The notes: a model not told the origin generated them from the sequence alone. Shown: positions 51,116 to 61,358, numbered from the stretch's first letter. The stretch is DNA of 64,000 nucleotides from an uncultured Alphaproteobacteria bacterium (GCA_963699485.1 CAVOUC010000018.1:11056-75055), one strand, 5' to 3'. Numbers and translations: made by a program.

Positions 51116-52003
51116 TGCGGCTCAAGCGCGGCGACAGGATCGTTGTGGCGAGCCACAACCCCGGCAAGGTGTGGGAGATCAAGCAGCTGATCGCCCCATT
51201 CGGCTTGGACGCCGTGTCGGCCGGCGACCTCGGCTTGACCGAGCCCGAGGAGACGGAGCCGACGTTCGAGGGCAACGCGCGTTTGAAGGCGCTCGCGGCG
51301 GCGGAAGGCTCGGGGCTTCCGGCGCTCGCCGACGATTCGGGGCTCGAGGTTGCCGCGCTCGACGGCGCGCCCGGCATCTATTCGGCCAACTGGGCGGGAC
51401 CGGGGAAGGACTTCGGAATTGCCATGCAGCGCGTCCACGACGAGCTCGAGCGGCGGGGAACCTGGGAGAGCGGCGCGCCGCCCGCCGCCAACTTCATCTC
51501 CGTCCTCTGCCTCGCCTGGCCGGACGGAGAGCACCGGCTCTTCAGGGGCCGCGTCGACGGCCACCTCGTCTGGCCGCCGCGCGGAGGCAACGGCTTCGGC
51601 TACGATCCGATCTTCGTCGCCGACGGCGAGCTCCTCACCTTCGGCGAGATGGAGCCCGCCGCCAAGTACGCGATCTCGCACCGCACGCGCGCCTTCGCCG
51701 CCTTCAGGGCCGAGTGCCTGGCCGAGATCGACGCGGCGGACGCCGCGCCGGCCAAGGCCGCGGGGCGCGATCTCGAGGCGCTCGATGCTGCCGCCCGCAA
51801 TCTCTCGACGAGGCCCGAGCTCGATGGCCTTCATCGCCAATCTGCGCCGCGATCTTGCCTGCCATGGCGATGGCTGGGAGAATGCCGACCTCATGGGCTA
51901 CCTCGCGGCGATGGAAGCCTGGCTCGCCACCGCCGAGCTTCCAGACGAGCCCCGCTGGCGCACCATCGCCAAGGCGCTCCTCGCCGCAAGCCGGGAGAAA
52001 TAG
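51115..52003 (+). CDS. rdgB: dITP/XTP pyrophosphatase RdgB with an extra C-terminal helical module; +1 frameshift near 51826
   Basis: [26 protein letters not shown]; the tail [19 protein letters not shown] continues as [10 protein letters not shown]...[15 protein letters not shown] in the next frame. Confidence 0.85.
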
Positions 52004-52180
52004 TTGCGTCTGATTTCTTCGGCGGCGACAAACTAAACGTCATGGCCGCGTAGGCGGCGATCCATCGCAAGATTCCGATCACTCCGATCTTAGGCGAGGT
52101 GTCGCGGATGGCCGTCTTCAGCGGCCATGACGGTGTACTTGAGTGGCGAGCGATCGGTACAACGCGGCAGACGGTGTCGC

Positions 52181-53504
52181 GTGTACGTGCCTAAAGACGA
52201 GCCCGGTTTCGGCGTCTACGTCCACTGGCCGTTCTGCGCCCAGAAGTGCCCCTATTGCGACTTCAACAGCCACGTGCGTCACGGCGGCTGGGACGAGGCG
52301 CGCTTTCTTTCCGCCTTTAAGCGTGAGCTCGCCCACACCGCAGCGCTCATCGGCCCACGGGCGGTGTCCTCGGTGTTCTTCGGCGGCGGCACGCCGTCGC
52401 TCATGAAGGCCGCGACCGTCGCCGCTATCCTCGACCACATCGCCGGCCTCTGGTCGCTCGAGCCTCAAGCAGAGATCACGCTCGAAGCCAATCCCGGCAG
52501 CGTCGAGGCGGGCCGCTTCGCGGGCTATCGCGCGGCCGGCGTCAACCGCGTGTCGATCGGCGTGCAGTCGCTCGAGGACGCCGAGCTCAAGAAACTAGGG
52601 CGCATCCACACGGCCGCCGAGGCCAGAGCCGCAATCGCGATCGCAGCCAGCACGTTCGACCGCTACTCGCTCGACTTGATCTACGCACGCCCCGGGCAAG
52701 CGCCGAAAGCCTGGCGCGCCGAGCTCGAGCAAGCGCTCGCACTCGCGCGAGGCCATCTTTCGCTCTATCAGCTCACCATCGAGCCCGACACGCCCTACGC
52801 CGCGCTCCACGCCGCGGGCAAGCTCGCGGTGCCCGCGGGCGACGCTGCCCTCGCCCTCTACGAGCTCACGCAGGAGCTGACCGAGGCGGCCGGGCTACCG
52901 GCCTACGAGATCTCAAACCATGCGGCGCCTTTCGAGGAGAGCCGCCACAACCTCCTCTACTGGCGCTATGGGGAATATGCCGGCGTCGGGCCCGGCGCTC
53001 ATGGGAGGATCATCGTCGAGGACGTGCGCCACGCGACGCTTTGCGAGCGCACGCCCGAGACATGGGCCGAGCGCGTCGAAGAAAACGGCCACGGCCAGGT
53101 CGAGTGCGCTCCGCTCTCACGCGGCGAGATGGCCGACGAGATGCTGCTCATGGGGCTTCGCTTGGGCGAAGGCCTCGACCTCGACCGCCTCGCCGCTCTT
53201 GGGCGGCGTCCGCCCGCGCGCTGCCGCCATCGCCGAACTCGTGGATCAAGGTTTTGTCGAAAGCATTGACGCCCCCTCCCTGCTCCCCGGTGGGGGAGAG
53301 GTCGAGCATCATTCCGACGATATTCGCTTTTGCATCGGACCTGGCCTCATTCCGTCACGTCCCTCCCCGGCCCGGCTTGGACGCATCCGCGCAACGCCGC
53401 GCGGCCGCTTCGTCCTGAACGAGATCGTGCTTCGCCTCTCGGCCGCTTTCGCCCCCGCCGAGCCGGCGCCGACGCCCCGCGCGCCTGCGTCCGCCCGCTA
53501 TTGA
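52181..53504 (+). CDS. hemW: Radical-SAM heme chaperone HemW (HemN-like); +1 frameshift near 53202
   Basis: YVHWPFCAQKCPYCDF, FGGGTPS, EANP, YEISNHA; the C-terminal GGVRP...RATPRGRFVLNEIV is in the next frame; start codon uncertain. Confidence 0.88.
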
Positions 53505-53573
53505 TCGAGGGCAATGCGCCGGCCGCCCGCCTGTGCCCCTGTCGGCCGACATTAGTGCCGAATAGGGGCGCCC

Positions 53574-54023
53574 ATGAGCATACCACCGACCGTCAGTCAC
53601 GCCGTGCAGACGCTGCAGGAGTGGCTGAAAGAGCTGCGCGACGATAGCGACCTCGCGGACGAGACCGCGGCCTACTCCGTCCTGCGAGTGGTGCTGCACC
53701 ACCTGCGCGACCGTCTCACCGTCGAGGAGGCTGTTGATCTCGGCGCCCAGCTCCCGCTCATCGTACGGGGCGTTTACTATGAAGGCTGGCAGCCGCGGCA
53801 CGTTCCTCAGAAGTGGCGAACGAAGGAGCAATTTCTCGACGGGATCATCAACGCCATATTGCCCTATACGTACCCGGTCGAGCGGGCGACGAGCAACGTC
53901 TTCGCGCTCCTCGCCCATCACTGCGATCCGGGCGAGATCGCCGACGTGATCGATCAGATGCCGGCCGAGATCAAGGAGCTCTGGCCCGAGCACGCCCGCG
54001 CGTTCCGGCGCAAAGCGCCGTAG
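53574..54023 (+). CDS. DUF2267 family protein
   Basis: QEWLKEL, AYSVLRVVLHHLRDRLTVEEAVDLGAQLP, LPxEIKELWP-like end. Confidence 0.85.
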   Translation: MSIPPTVSHAVQTLQEWLKELRDDSDLADETAAYSVLRVVLHHLRDRLTVEEAVDLGAQLPLIVRGVYYEGWQPRHVPQKWRTKEQFLDGIINAILPYTYPVERATSNVFALLAHHCDPGEIADVIDQMPAEIKELWPEHARAFRRKAP

Positions 54024-54393
54024 CGCGGGCAACCGGGCCGGCCCGGCGCCGGAGCAACCGGCGGTCGCCGCCCAGCCGAAGACCGCGCGGCCGCGACCTG
54101 CGCGCGGCGCACCGGCGCACGAGTCCCGAGACGAGCCCGACGCGCGCGCCGCCGAACAGCAGCACGACGTCGAAGGTGACATCGACCATTAAGCTGCCCT
54201 CGGAGCGCGCGCGGACTCTTGGCGCGCTTGGGGCACGCTTGGGCGCTTACTCCAAGACACGCGGGGCGCGATTGAAGCAACATGGGAGGCGCGACCCGCC
54301 GCAGCCCCGCCTCAATTCGCGCTACAGCCCAAGGCCTTCCCGATGCCCGGACCACCTGCTAAGACCGCCGGGGCAAAACGGCTAGGATCAGGC

Positions 54394-55047
54394 ATGGAGC
54401 TCTTTCAATTCTTCGTCGATCTCGTCATGCACCTGGATCGGCATCTGGTCGAGCTCCTGGTCCAGTTCGGCCCCTGGATCTACGCCATCCTCATCCTCAT
54501 CATCTTCGCCGAGACCGGCTTCGTCGTGACGCCCTTCCTGCCGGGCGACTCGCTGCTCTTCGCCGTCGGCGCGCTCGCGGCGGTCAACTCCTCGGGCACG
54601 CTGCAGCCGCTGCTCGCCTGGATTCTGCTGTCTCTCGCGGCGATCCTCGGCAATACCGTCAACTACGCTGTCGGCGCCTACATAGGCCCGCGCGCGTTCA
54701 GCGGCCAGGTCCCCCTTCTCAAGGTCGAGTACCTGCGGCGCACCGAGCAGTTCTTCGAGCGCCATGGCGGCAAGACCATCTTCCTCTCGCGCTACGTGCC
54801 GATCATCCGCACCTTCGCGCCCTTCGTCGCCGGCGTCGGACACATGGACTACGGGCGCTTCCAGCTCCACAATTCCGTCGGCGGCATCACCTGGGTCGGC
54901 CTGTTCGTCTGGGGCGGTTACCTCTTCGGCAACATCCCGCTGGTGAAGAACAACTTCGGCGTGGTGACGATTCTGATCATTGTGCTGTCGCTCGTTCCGG
55001 TGGCCCTGGGCCTGATCAAGCGCGACCCGGCCGCCGCGGGGAAGTAG
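54394..55047 (+). CDS. dedA: DedA family membrane protein
   Basis: IFAETGFVVTPFLPGDSLLF, RYVPIIRTFAPFVAG. Confidence 0.95.
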   Translation: MELFQFFVDLVMHLDRHLVELLVQFGPWIYAILILIIFAETGFVVTPFLPGDSLLFAVGALAAVNSSGTLQPLLAWILLSLAAILGNTVNYAVGAYIGPRAFSGQVPLLKVEYLRRTEQFFERHGGKTIFLSRYVPIIRTFAPFVAGVGHMDYGRFQLHNSVGGITWVGLFVWGGYLFGNIPLVKNNFGVVTILIIVLSLVPVALGLIKRDPAAAGK

Positions 55048-55061
55048 GTTAGGCTCGAGCC

Positions 55062-55580
55062 ATGCTGTCCGCCGAGGTCCACCCCGAAAGGACGTCCGCC
55101 TACCAGAGCGGCGGCATAGCGCTGCTGCTCGCTGCCGCGGTGATCCTCGCCGCGCTCGGCTTCGAGTACATCGCCGGCTATGTGCCCTGTCCGCTCTGCC
55201 TCCAGCAGCGCTATGCCTACTATGCCGGCGTGCCGCTCCTCTTCGTCGCCATGGCGCTTGTCGCCGAGATGCCCCGCCTCGCTGCGTTGATCTTTGCGGT
55301 TGTCGCGGTAGCCTTCCTCGCCAACGCCGGCCTCGGCATCTATCAGTCCGGCGCCGAGTGGAAGCTCTGGCCCGGCCCCGAGACCTGCGGGGCGCTGCAG
55401 GCGCTCCCGACCTCCGCCGCCGACCTCCTGAAGGAAGCGGCCGAAGCAAGCGTCGTCCGATGCGACGAGGCCTCGTGGCGATTCGCCGGCCTTTCCTTCG
55501 CCGGATGGAACGCCGTCATGTCGCTCGCGATTTGCGCTCTCGCCCTGCGAGCCGCCGTCCAGTGCGCCTCAAGGCATTGA
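55062..55580 (+). CDS. dsbB: Disulfide bond formation protein DsbB family
   Basis: PCPLCLQQR, second Cys pair TCG...VRCDE, TM segments. Confidence 0.9.
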   Translation: MLSAEVHPERTSAYQSGGIALLLAAAVILAALGFEYIAGYVPCPLCLQQRYAYYAGVPLLFVAMALVAEMPRLAALIFAVVAVAFLANAGLGIYQSGAEWKLWPGPETCGALQALPTSAADLLKEAAEASVVRCDEASWRFAGLSFAGWNAVMSLAICALALRAAVQCASRH

Positions 55581-56264
55581 AAGCCGGACTTATTTTTCGA
55601 CTAGTCGATTTTCCACAATGTCGCAGTCGCGGCTGAAATCCCAGGCCGGCAGGGCGGTTACGACAGGGCCCTGTGCCGTCCCAGCAGTGCGTCAACCAAA
55701 AATCCAGAGCCCGACAAAATCGCGCCTTCGCGTGGCCATAGTGCCACGGTCTATTAGCGTCATTCGCGGGATGCAAAGGAACTCGAAGCACGGCGATAGC
55801 GTTCGTGGAGGATCTCAAATGTACACAGTCGCGCGTCCTCCACATGCAGTGCCGCCAAGAGAAGCCCTCACCCTGAGGCTCCGCGAGCGTGAATTTGCGG
55901 CGAGTGGCCCGAGCGCCTCCGAGTACGTCGCCGGCAGTGGTTTGCCTCCGTCCTTTAGTAAGCGTTGCGTACCGGTATTGCGTAAAGTCGAGCCCGGTTC
56001 TGTTGCGTTGGCGTACGGCTCTTCTCCCAAACACGCGCTTTCGCGGGTGTTCACAGACCTAAGGCGAGCGGCTCGGCTGAAAATGTCAGCGCGTATCTCC
56101 GAGCGGCTCGCCGGCCCAGGCAGACGGCAGCGTCGTGCGGTCGATCCTTCCGTCGATCACCTGATCTGTGCCGGCCTCGCGCTTCGTAGACGTGCGTAAG
56201 ACCCCTCCCCCCTGTCCCCGCGGGAACTTCCGTCCTTCCCGCATCCGAGTAACGAGAGGACGCA

Positions 56265-56369
56265 ATGGCGTCGCAGTCGAGTTCGTGGCTTTCGTTGCGT
56301 GATGTCGTGGAAACGGTTCTCGCGTCGGCTTCCCCGAGCCAGGCGCCCGCTCCGGACCCCAAGCGTTGA
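56265..56369 (+). CDS. Candidate 34-aa small protein
   Basis: GAGAGGA RBS, ATG 56265, MASQSSSWLSLRDVVETVLASASPSQAPAPDPKR; below the ORF-track cutoff. Confidence 0.3.
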   Translation: MASQSSSWLSLRDVVETVLASASPSQAPAPDPKR

Positions 56370-56569
56370 CATCGCGCATCGCATGAAATCAGGAGGCTCC
56401 CCTCGGGCCTCCGACGAGTTGGCAAGCATGCCTAGCGCTCCGACGTCAGTCCAGTAGGGCGCCGCATCCACCGGTCTCGCGTAGCAGCGCCAGGCGCTGG
56501 GTGTGCTTGCCTCCCCTTCCTGCGGGCGTTTCGCCCGCCGAGAATTGATCAAGTCTCCAAGGAGTTCCC

Positions 56570-56785
56570 ATGAGCCCCGACCACATCAACCCGCTCCAGT
56601 GGCATCAGGCGGTCGGCATCGCGCGGCAGACCTGCGCGCGCTTCTTTCGCGATGGGGGCACGGCTGCCGACGCCATGGCAGCCTTCGGCGCGAGCGCGGA
56701 CAATGTCCCGGCCGCCGATTGGAGCAAGGCCGTCGAGGCGATTGCGCGCGTGCTCTGCGCCGCGCCCGACCGGCGCGCGGCGTAG
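56570..56785 (+). CDS. Conserved small hypothetical protein
   Basis: AAGGAG RBS; W-H-Q-A-x-G-x-ARQ-x-CAR-x-FRDGG pattern, recalled from Hyphomicrobiales. Confidence 0.65.
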   Translation: MSPDHINPLQWHQAVGIARQTCARFFRDGGTAADAMAAFGASADNVPAADWSKAVEAIARVLCAAPDRRAA

Positions 56786-56806
56786 GCGGCTCAAAGGTAC
56801 CGGCCG

Positions 56807-57367
56807 TTACGGCTCGAGCTCGGTATCCCAATAGAGATAGTCGAGCCAGCTATCGTGCAGATAGTTGGGCGGGAATAGCCGACCGTTGCGGTGCAGCTCG
56901 AACACCGTCGGCCGGTAGGGCTGCTGGTGCGGACGCATGCCCGACTCCGCCGGCATGTGCCCGCCCTTCGTCAGATTGCAGGGCGCACACGCCGTCACCA
57001 CGTTGTCCCAGCGCGTTTGTCCGCCGCGCGAGCGCGGCACGAGATGGTCGAAGGTCAAGTCCTCGCGCGACCCGCAATATTGGCAGCTGAAGCGGTCGCG
57101 CAGAAAGACGTTGAACCGCGTGAAGGCGGGATAGAGCGCGGGTTTCACGTAGGTCTTGAGCGAGACGACGCTCGGGAGCCGCATCTCGAACGAGGGGCTC
57201 CTGACGTAGCGATCGTACTCGGAGACGATGTTGACGCGATCCAAGAACACGGCCTTCACCGACTCCTGCCAGCTCCAGAGCGATAACGGATAGTAGCTCA
57301 GGGGCCGGAAGTCGGCGTTGAGAACCAATGCCGGGAAACTTTCCGGCGCGGCAGCATGTGCATTCAC
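56807..57367 (-). CDS. HNH endonuclease (McrA-like, chromosomal family)
   Basis: PALVLNADFRPLS, RDRFSCQYCG, TFDHLVPRSRGG, ACAPCN. Confidence 0.93.
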   Translation of the reverse strand: MNAHAAAPESFPALVLNADFRPLSYYPLSLWSWQESVKAVFLDRVNIVSEYDRYVRSPSFEMRLPSVVSLKTYVKPALYPAFTRFNVFLRDRFSCQYCGSREDLTFDHLVPRSRGGQTRWDNVVTACAPCNLTKGGHMPAESGMRPHQQPYRPTVFELHRNGRLFPPNYLHDSWLDYLYWDTELEP

Positions 57368-57563
57368 AGGCTTGCTTCCTGTCGGTTCCTTCAGACCTCT
57401 CGAATCGGGTCACCTCCCGTTTGGGCAGCCGGATACTAGCGGCGCATGTCAGCTCTGTGAAGCGCCCCGGCACCGGCCATGGATCAATAGAACTTTTCAC
57501 GGCGACCCTCTTGTGATTGCTCGATTTCTGACGTTTCACGGAGCAGAGGGCGCGGGACCGGCG

Positions 57564-58226
57564 TCAGGACCTTTTTGCAGAGACGTAATGGGCCCAGAGA
57601 AGTCGCGCGGCGACGCCCCGCCATGGTCGCCATCGCTCGGAGATTCGCTCGAGCTCCTGAGGCGAAGGCTTCTCGTCGAGCGCGAACGCGGATTGAACCG
57701 CGAGTTGAAGAGCGAGATCGCCGGGCGCGAACGCATCGGAGCGGCCGAGGCAGAACAAGATGTAGATGTCGGCCGTCCAGGGCCCGATGCCGCTCACCCG
57801 GGTCAACATCTCATGGATCTCGGAATGGGACGCATCCTCGATGCTCTCGAGCGCAAGCGCACCCGAGAGCACGGCCTCCGACATGGCACGTAGCGTCCTG
57901 ATCTTCCCGCGCGAGAGCCCTGCGGCACGCAACGTCTCATCGCTCGCTCCGAGGAGGCGCGGGGGCGAAAACGGCGCTATCGCTTCGAGCGTCCGGCGCC
58001 AAATCGCGTTTGCACTCGCGGCCGAGAGCTGCTGGCTCACGATGATGCGCGCAAGGCCCTGGAATCCGGCCGGCTCGCGTCTCAGAGGCGGATCACCCGT
58101 GAGATCGTGCATGCGCCGAATTGCCGGGCACTTCCGTCGCAGCGCCGCGATGCCGGCCCCGATATCGGCCGGCGTCTCGATCGTTCGATCGCCGCCGTCG
58201 CGACGGATTCGTTTCCTCGCAGTCAT
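57564..58226 (-). CDS. alkA: DNA-3-methyladenine glycosylase II (HhH-GPD) family
   Basis: IVSQQLSAASA, AGLSRGKI, GIGPWTADIY, PGDLAL, WRPWRGVAARLLW. Confidence 0.85.
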   Translation of the reverse strand: MTARKRIRRDGGDRTIETPADIGAGIAALRRKCPAIRRMHDLTGDPPLRREPAGFQGLARIIVSQQLSAASANAIWRRTLEAIAPFSPPRLLGASDETLRAAGLSRGKIRTLRAMSEAVLSGALALESIEDASHSEIHEMLTRVSGIGPWTADIYILFCLGRSDAFAPGDLALQLAVQSAFALDEKPSPQELERISERWRPWRGVAARLLWAHYVSAKRS

Positions 58227-58320
58227 ATCGACAACGCTAGCTGACACTTTCGCAGGCCGCCCTGGAAGAGTAGATTTGCATTCTGGTCTTGCAAGGCGTT
58301 GGTGCGGGAGTGTGGCCGTC

Positions 58321-58854
58321 ATGCGAGCGTCAGCATATTTGGGACCGTTGGCCGTTGCGGGAATATTGGCCACGAGCTTTGCCGGAGAGAGCGCAGCGGG
58401 CCGCGTAAAGTTCGGCGAGTGGACGAAGATCGAGAGCGAGCGCTACGGCTTTCTTATGGCCTACCCCGGCAGCGTGTTCACGCCGCGCGAAGGGGCCAGC
58501 GGAGACGAAGGCCACGTGCTCGTCTCCCGCGACGGGAGTGCGCGCCTTCTCGTCGCAGCCTTCGAGAACGAAGCCGAGACGACGCTCGAGGAATACCGCC
58601 AGCAGCTGCTCGAGGAGAACTACAAGGGCGCCGAGCTCGACTATGCGCCGATCAAGCGGCGCGGGTTCATCATCTCCGGGACGCAGGGCAGCATGCACTT
58701 CTACGAGCGCGTGAGCTTCACCTGCGGCGGCCGGCTCATCAACAGCTGGGCCTTGCTCTATCCCGTCACCGAGCGGGGCTTCTACGATCGCGTCGTCGAG
58801 GCGATCGCCAGGACCTATACGCCGGGAGCCGGGCGGACCGGCGAATGCGATTGA
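58321..58854 (+). CDS. Exported hypothetical protein (PsbP/DcrB-like fold possible)
   Basis: C-terminal part of ORF 57766..58854 from ATG 58321; signal peptide; RYGFLMAYP...DGSARL pattern. Confidence 0.7.
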   Translation: MRASAYLGPLAVAGILATSFAGESAAGRVKFGEWTKIESERYGFLMAYPGSVFTPREGASGDEGHVLVSRDGSARLLVAAFENEAETTLEEYRQQLLEENYKGAELDYAPIKRRGFIISGTQGSMHFYERVSFTCGGRLINSWALLYPVTERGFYDRVVEAIARTYTPGAGRTGECD

Positions 58855-58891
58855 CGCGGGCAAGGCGCCGCTCGGAGGCGGCGGTGGCAGC

Positions 58892-59797
58892 ATGAGCGAT
58901 CGCCCCGTCTTCCGCTTTGCGCCGAGCCCGAACGGGGAGCTTCATCTCGGCCATGCGCTTTCCGCTCTCGTCGGCGCCGACATGGCCCGCCGCTACGGCG
59001 GCCGCTTCCTCTTGCGCATCGAGGACATCGACCGCGAGCGCTGCCGCGAAGACTACGTCCAGCAAATCTTCGAGGACCTCGCCTGGCTCGGGCTTCTCTG
59101 GGAGGAGCCCGTCGTCCGCCAATCGCAACGATTCGCTCTCTATGAGGCGGCGGCAGCCCGCCTCGACGCCATGGGGCTGCTCTACCCCTGCTTTGCGACC
59201 CGCGCCGAGATCGCCGCGGCGGCCGGAGCCGACTCGCCGGCCGTCGATCCCGATGGCGCCCCGATCTATCCGGGCCTTCACAAGCATCTCGACGCGGCCG
59301 AGGCCGCACGCCGCCGGGAGACCGGCGAGCCTTTCGCCCTGCGCCTCCATATGGACCGGGCCGTCGCCGCGGCGCGCAGGCTCGGCCCCGAGCTCTCTTT
59401 CACCGAGATCGACGGCGAAGGCCGGCCGCGAACCGTCCCGGCCGAGCCCGAGAGGTGGGGCGATGCCGTGATCGTGCGCAAAGAGTTTCCCGCTTCCTAC
59501 CACCTCGCCGTCGTCGTCGACGACGCGAGCCAGGGCGTGACGCACGTAACCCGCGGCCTCGATCTCTTCCAGTCGACCGGGCTGCAGCGGCTGCTTCAGG
59601 TGCTGCTCGGCCTGCCCGAGCCCCTCTATCACCACCACCGGCTCGTCCTCGACGAGACCGGCCGCAAGCTGTCGAAGAGCGCCCGCGACACCTCGCTCGC
59701 AGCATTGCGCCGCGACGGCGTGAGCCCGGCGGAGGTGCGCGCGAGGCTCGGCCTGCCGGCACATTATGGCCACGAGGTCGAGATAACCGTCAGGTAA
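58892..59797 (+). CDS. gluQ: Glutamyl-Q tRNA(Asp) synthetase
   Basis: RFAPSPNGELHLGH, LRIEDID, YHLAVVVDD, KLSKS; lacks an anticodon-binding domain. Confidence 0.93.
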   Translation: MSDRPVFRFAPSPNGELHLGHALSALVGADMARRYGGRFLLRIEDIDRERCREDYVQQIFEDLAWLGLLWEEPVVRQSQRFALYEAAAARLDAMGLLYPCFATRAEIAAAAGADSPAVDPDGAPIYPGLHKHLDAAEAARRRETGEPFALRLHMDRAVAAARRLGPELSFTEIDGEGRPRTVPAEPERWGDAVIVRKEFPASYHLAVVVDDASQGVTHVTRGLDLFQSTGLQRLLQVLLGLPEPLYHHHRLVLDETGRKLSKSARDTSLAALRRDGVSPAEVRARLGLPAHYGHEVEITVR

Positions 59798-59889
59798 ATC
59801 AAGTTTTTATGTTGGTTGCGCAGGATATTGCCTCTTATGGTTGAATTGTGGGCTGAGGCTTCGGGCCGGCAGTCGCGAGGGTCGTCGGC

Positions 59890-61287
59890 GTGAAGAAGCC
59901 GGTCAAACGCAAACCGAAGGGGAGGCGCCACCAGCCGGCCGCAAGGGCTCAGCGCCCGACTATGCCGCGCCATGCCCATCCGGCCCCCGTCCCGGTCGCA
60001 CCCCGCAATGCCCTGAATTATCAGGATTTCATTTGGTCCAGCGTGAGCCGGCTATCGTCGGGCCTTGCCGACGGGCGCACGCGCGCGCTGCGGATCGCCG
60101 ACAGCGCCGCCGCCTGGGCGCACCCCCACTGGCGTGCCGCCACGGCAACGCTCGCTCAAGTCCTCGACCCCGCCTCGCTCCCGCCGCTCGGCCGCGAGGC
60201 GCGCCGAGCCATAGCCCGCGCCGCCCGCTATTACGACGAGGACAGGGAGACCGTAGGCCTCCTCTTGCTTCCTTTCCTGCTCATGGCAACGGCGATTGCC
60301 ATGAGCCAGGCGCTCCGGCCGGCCGCCTTGCTCGGACCCCCACTGGTCCGCGAGGAGAGCGCACCGCCCGTCCTAGCCGCGGGGCCGCGCTACAACCAAC
60401 CCGTTCCGCTGCCGAGCCTTCCGAGCGCTCCCCTGCCGGCCATAGAGCTTCCCCCGGTCTTGCCGCCCGTGACAGCGATTGCGCCGATCTTACCGCCGGT
60501 CGCGGCAATTCCCGAGATAGCCGAGGTGCGTGAAGCCGAGATCGCTCTGCTGCCGCCGACGGCAGACGCCACCGACCTCTCCGCCGGCGCCCCCGCCCTG
60601 CCGGAGCTCGCCGTGCGCGACGCCGAGCCTGAAGTTGCCGGACCAGGCGCAAGGGGGATTTGCGTCGCTTCGGCGGCCCCGAAGACTGCTCCGCCACCTG
60701 CCTCGGCCCCGGAGAGCCCCGCCGCGTTCGGCCTGCGGCTTGCGGCGGCGGCGCGAGCGCAACTCGACGACTTCGTCATCTACAACGACAAGTACCGCAA
60801 CATCTCCTATCCCATGGGCGACGTGCCCTCGCTCTTCGGCGTATGCACGGACGTCGTCGTGCGCGCCTACCGCGCCTTGGGGCTCGACCTCCAGGCCCTC
60901 GTGCACGAGGCGCGCGTCGGCTCTGGCGACACCAACATCGACCATCGCCGCACCGAGGTGCTGCGGCGCTTCTTCGCCGCGCGCGGCGCCGCGCTCCCCG
61001 TCACCGACTTTTCCGAGGACTATCGTCCGGGCGACATCGTCACCTACTACCGGCCGCAGAACCGCGGCTCGCGCTCGCACATCGCCATCGTCTCGGACGT
61101 CATCGCGCCGTCGGGGCGGCCCATGATCATCCACAACCGAGGCTGGGGACCTCAGATGGAGGATGCTCTTTTCGTCGATCGGATCACCGGCCATTACCGC
61201 TACCAAGGGCCCGACCACCCTCCCGCGGTAACGAGCGCCGGCAATTCGGCTTCGGCGACGGAAAGGGACATCCAAAGCCGTCTCTGA
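59890..61287 (+). CDS. DUF1287 (YijF-like, NlpC/P60-related) protein with long membrane-anchored Pro-rich N-terminus
   Basis: GVCTDVVVRAYR, DTNIDHRR, PGDIVT, HIAIVSD; start codon uncertain. Confidence 0.8.
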   Translation: MKKPVKRKPKGRRHQPAARAQRPTMPRHAHPAPVPVAPRNALNYQDFIWSSVSRLSSGLADGRTRALRIADSAAAWAHPHWRAATATLAQVLDPASLPPLGREARRAIARAARYYDEDRETVGLLLLPFLLMATAIAMSQALRPAALLGPPLVREESAPPVLAAGPRYNQPVPLPSLPSAPLPAIELPPVLPPVTAIAPILPPVAAIPEIAEVREAEIALLPPTADATDLSAGAPALPELAVRDAEPEVAGPGARGICVASAAPKTAPPPASAPESPAAFGLRLAAAARAQLDDFVIYNDKYRNISYPMGDVPSLFGVCTDVVVRAYRALGLDLQALVHEARVGSGDTNIDHRRTEVLRRFFAARGAALPVTDFSEDYRPGDIVTYYRPQNRGSRSHIAIVSDVIAPSGRPMIIHNRGWGPQMEDALFVDRITGHYRYQGPDHPPAVTSAGNSASATERDIQSRL

Positions 61288-61358
61288 CGCGCTTCAGCAC
61301 TATCGAGCTTCGCCTTGACGGGGATCGACCGGCTATCGCACCGAGCGACCGGCCCTCA

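Noticed and set aside
56200-56260. DAGRTEVPAGT on the minus strand resembling the Pth2 motif
   Set aside because: The flanking residues do not resemble Pth2, and the ORF lacks coding-like composition.
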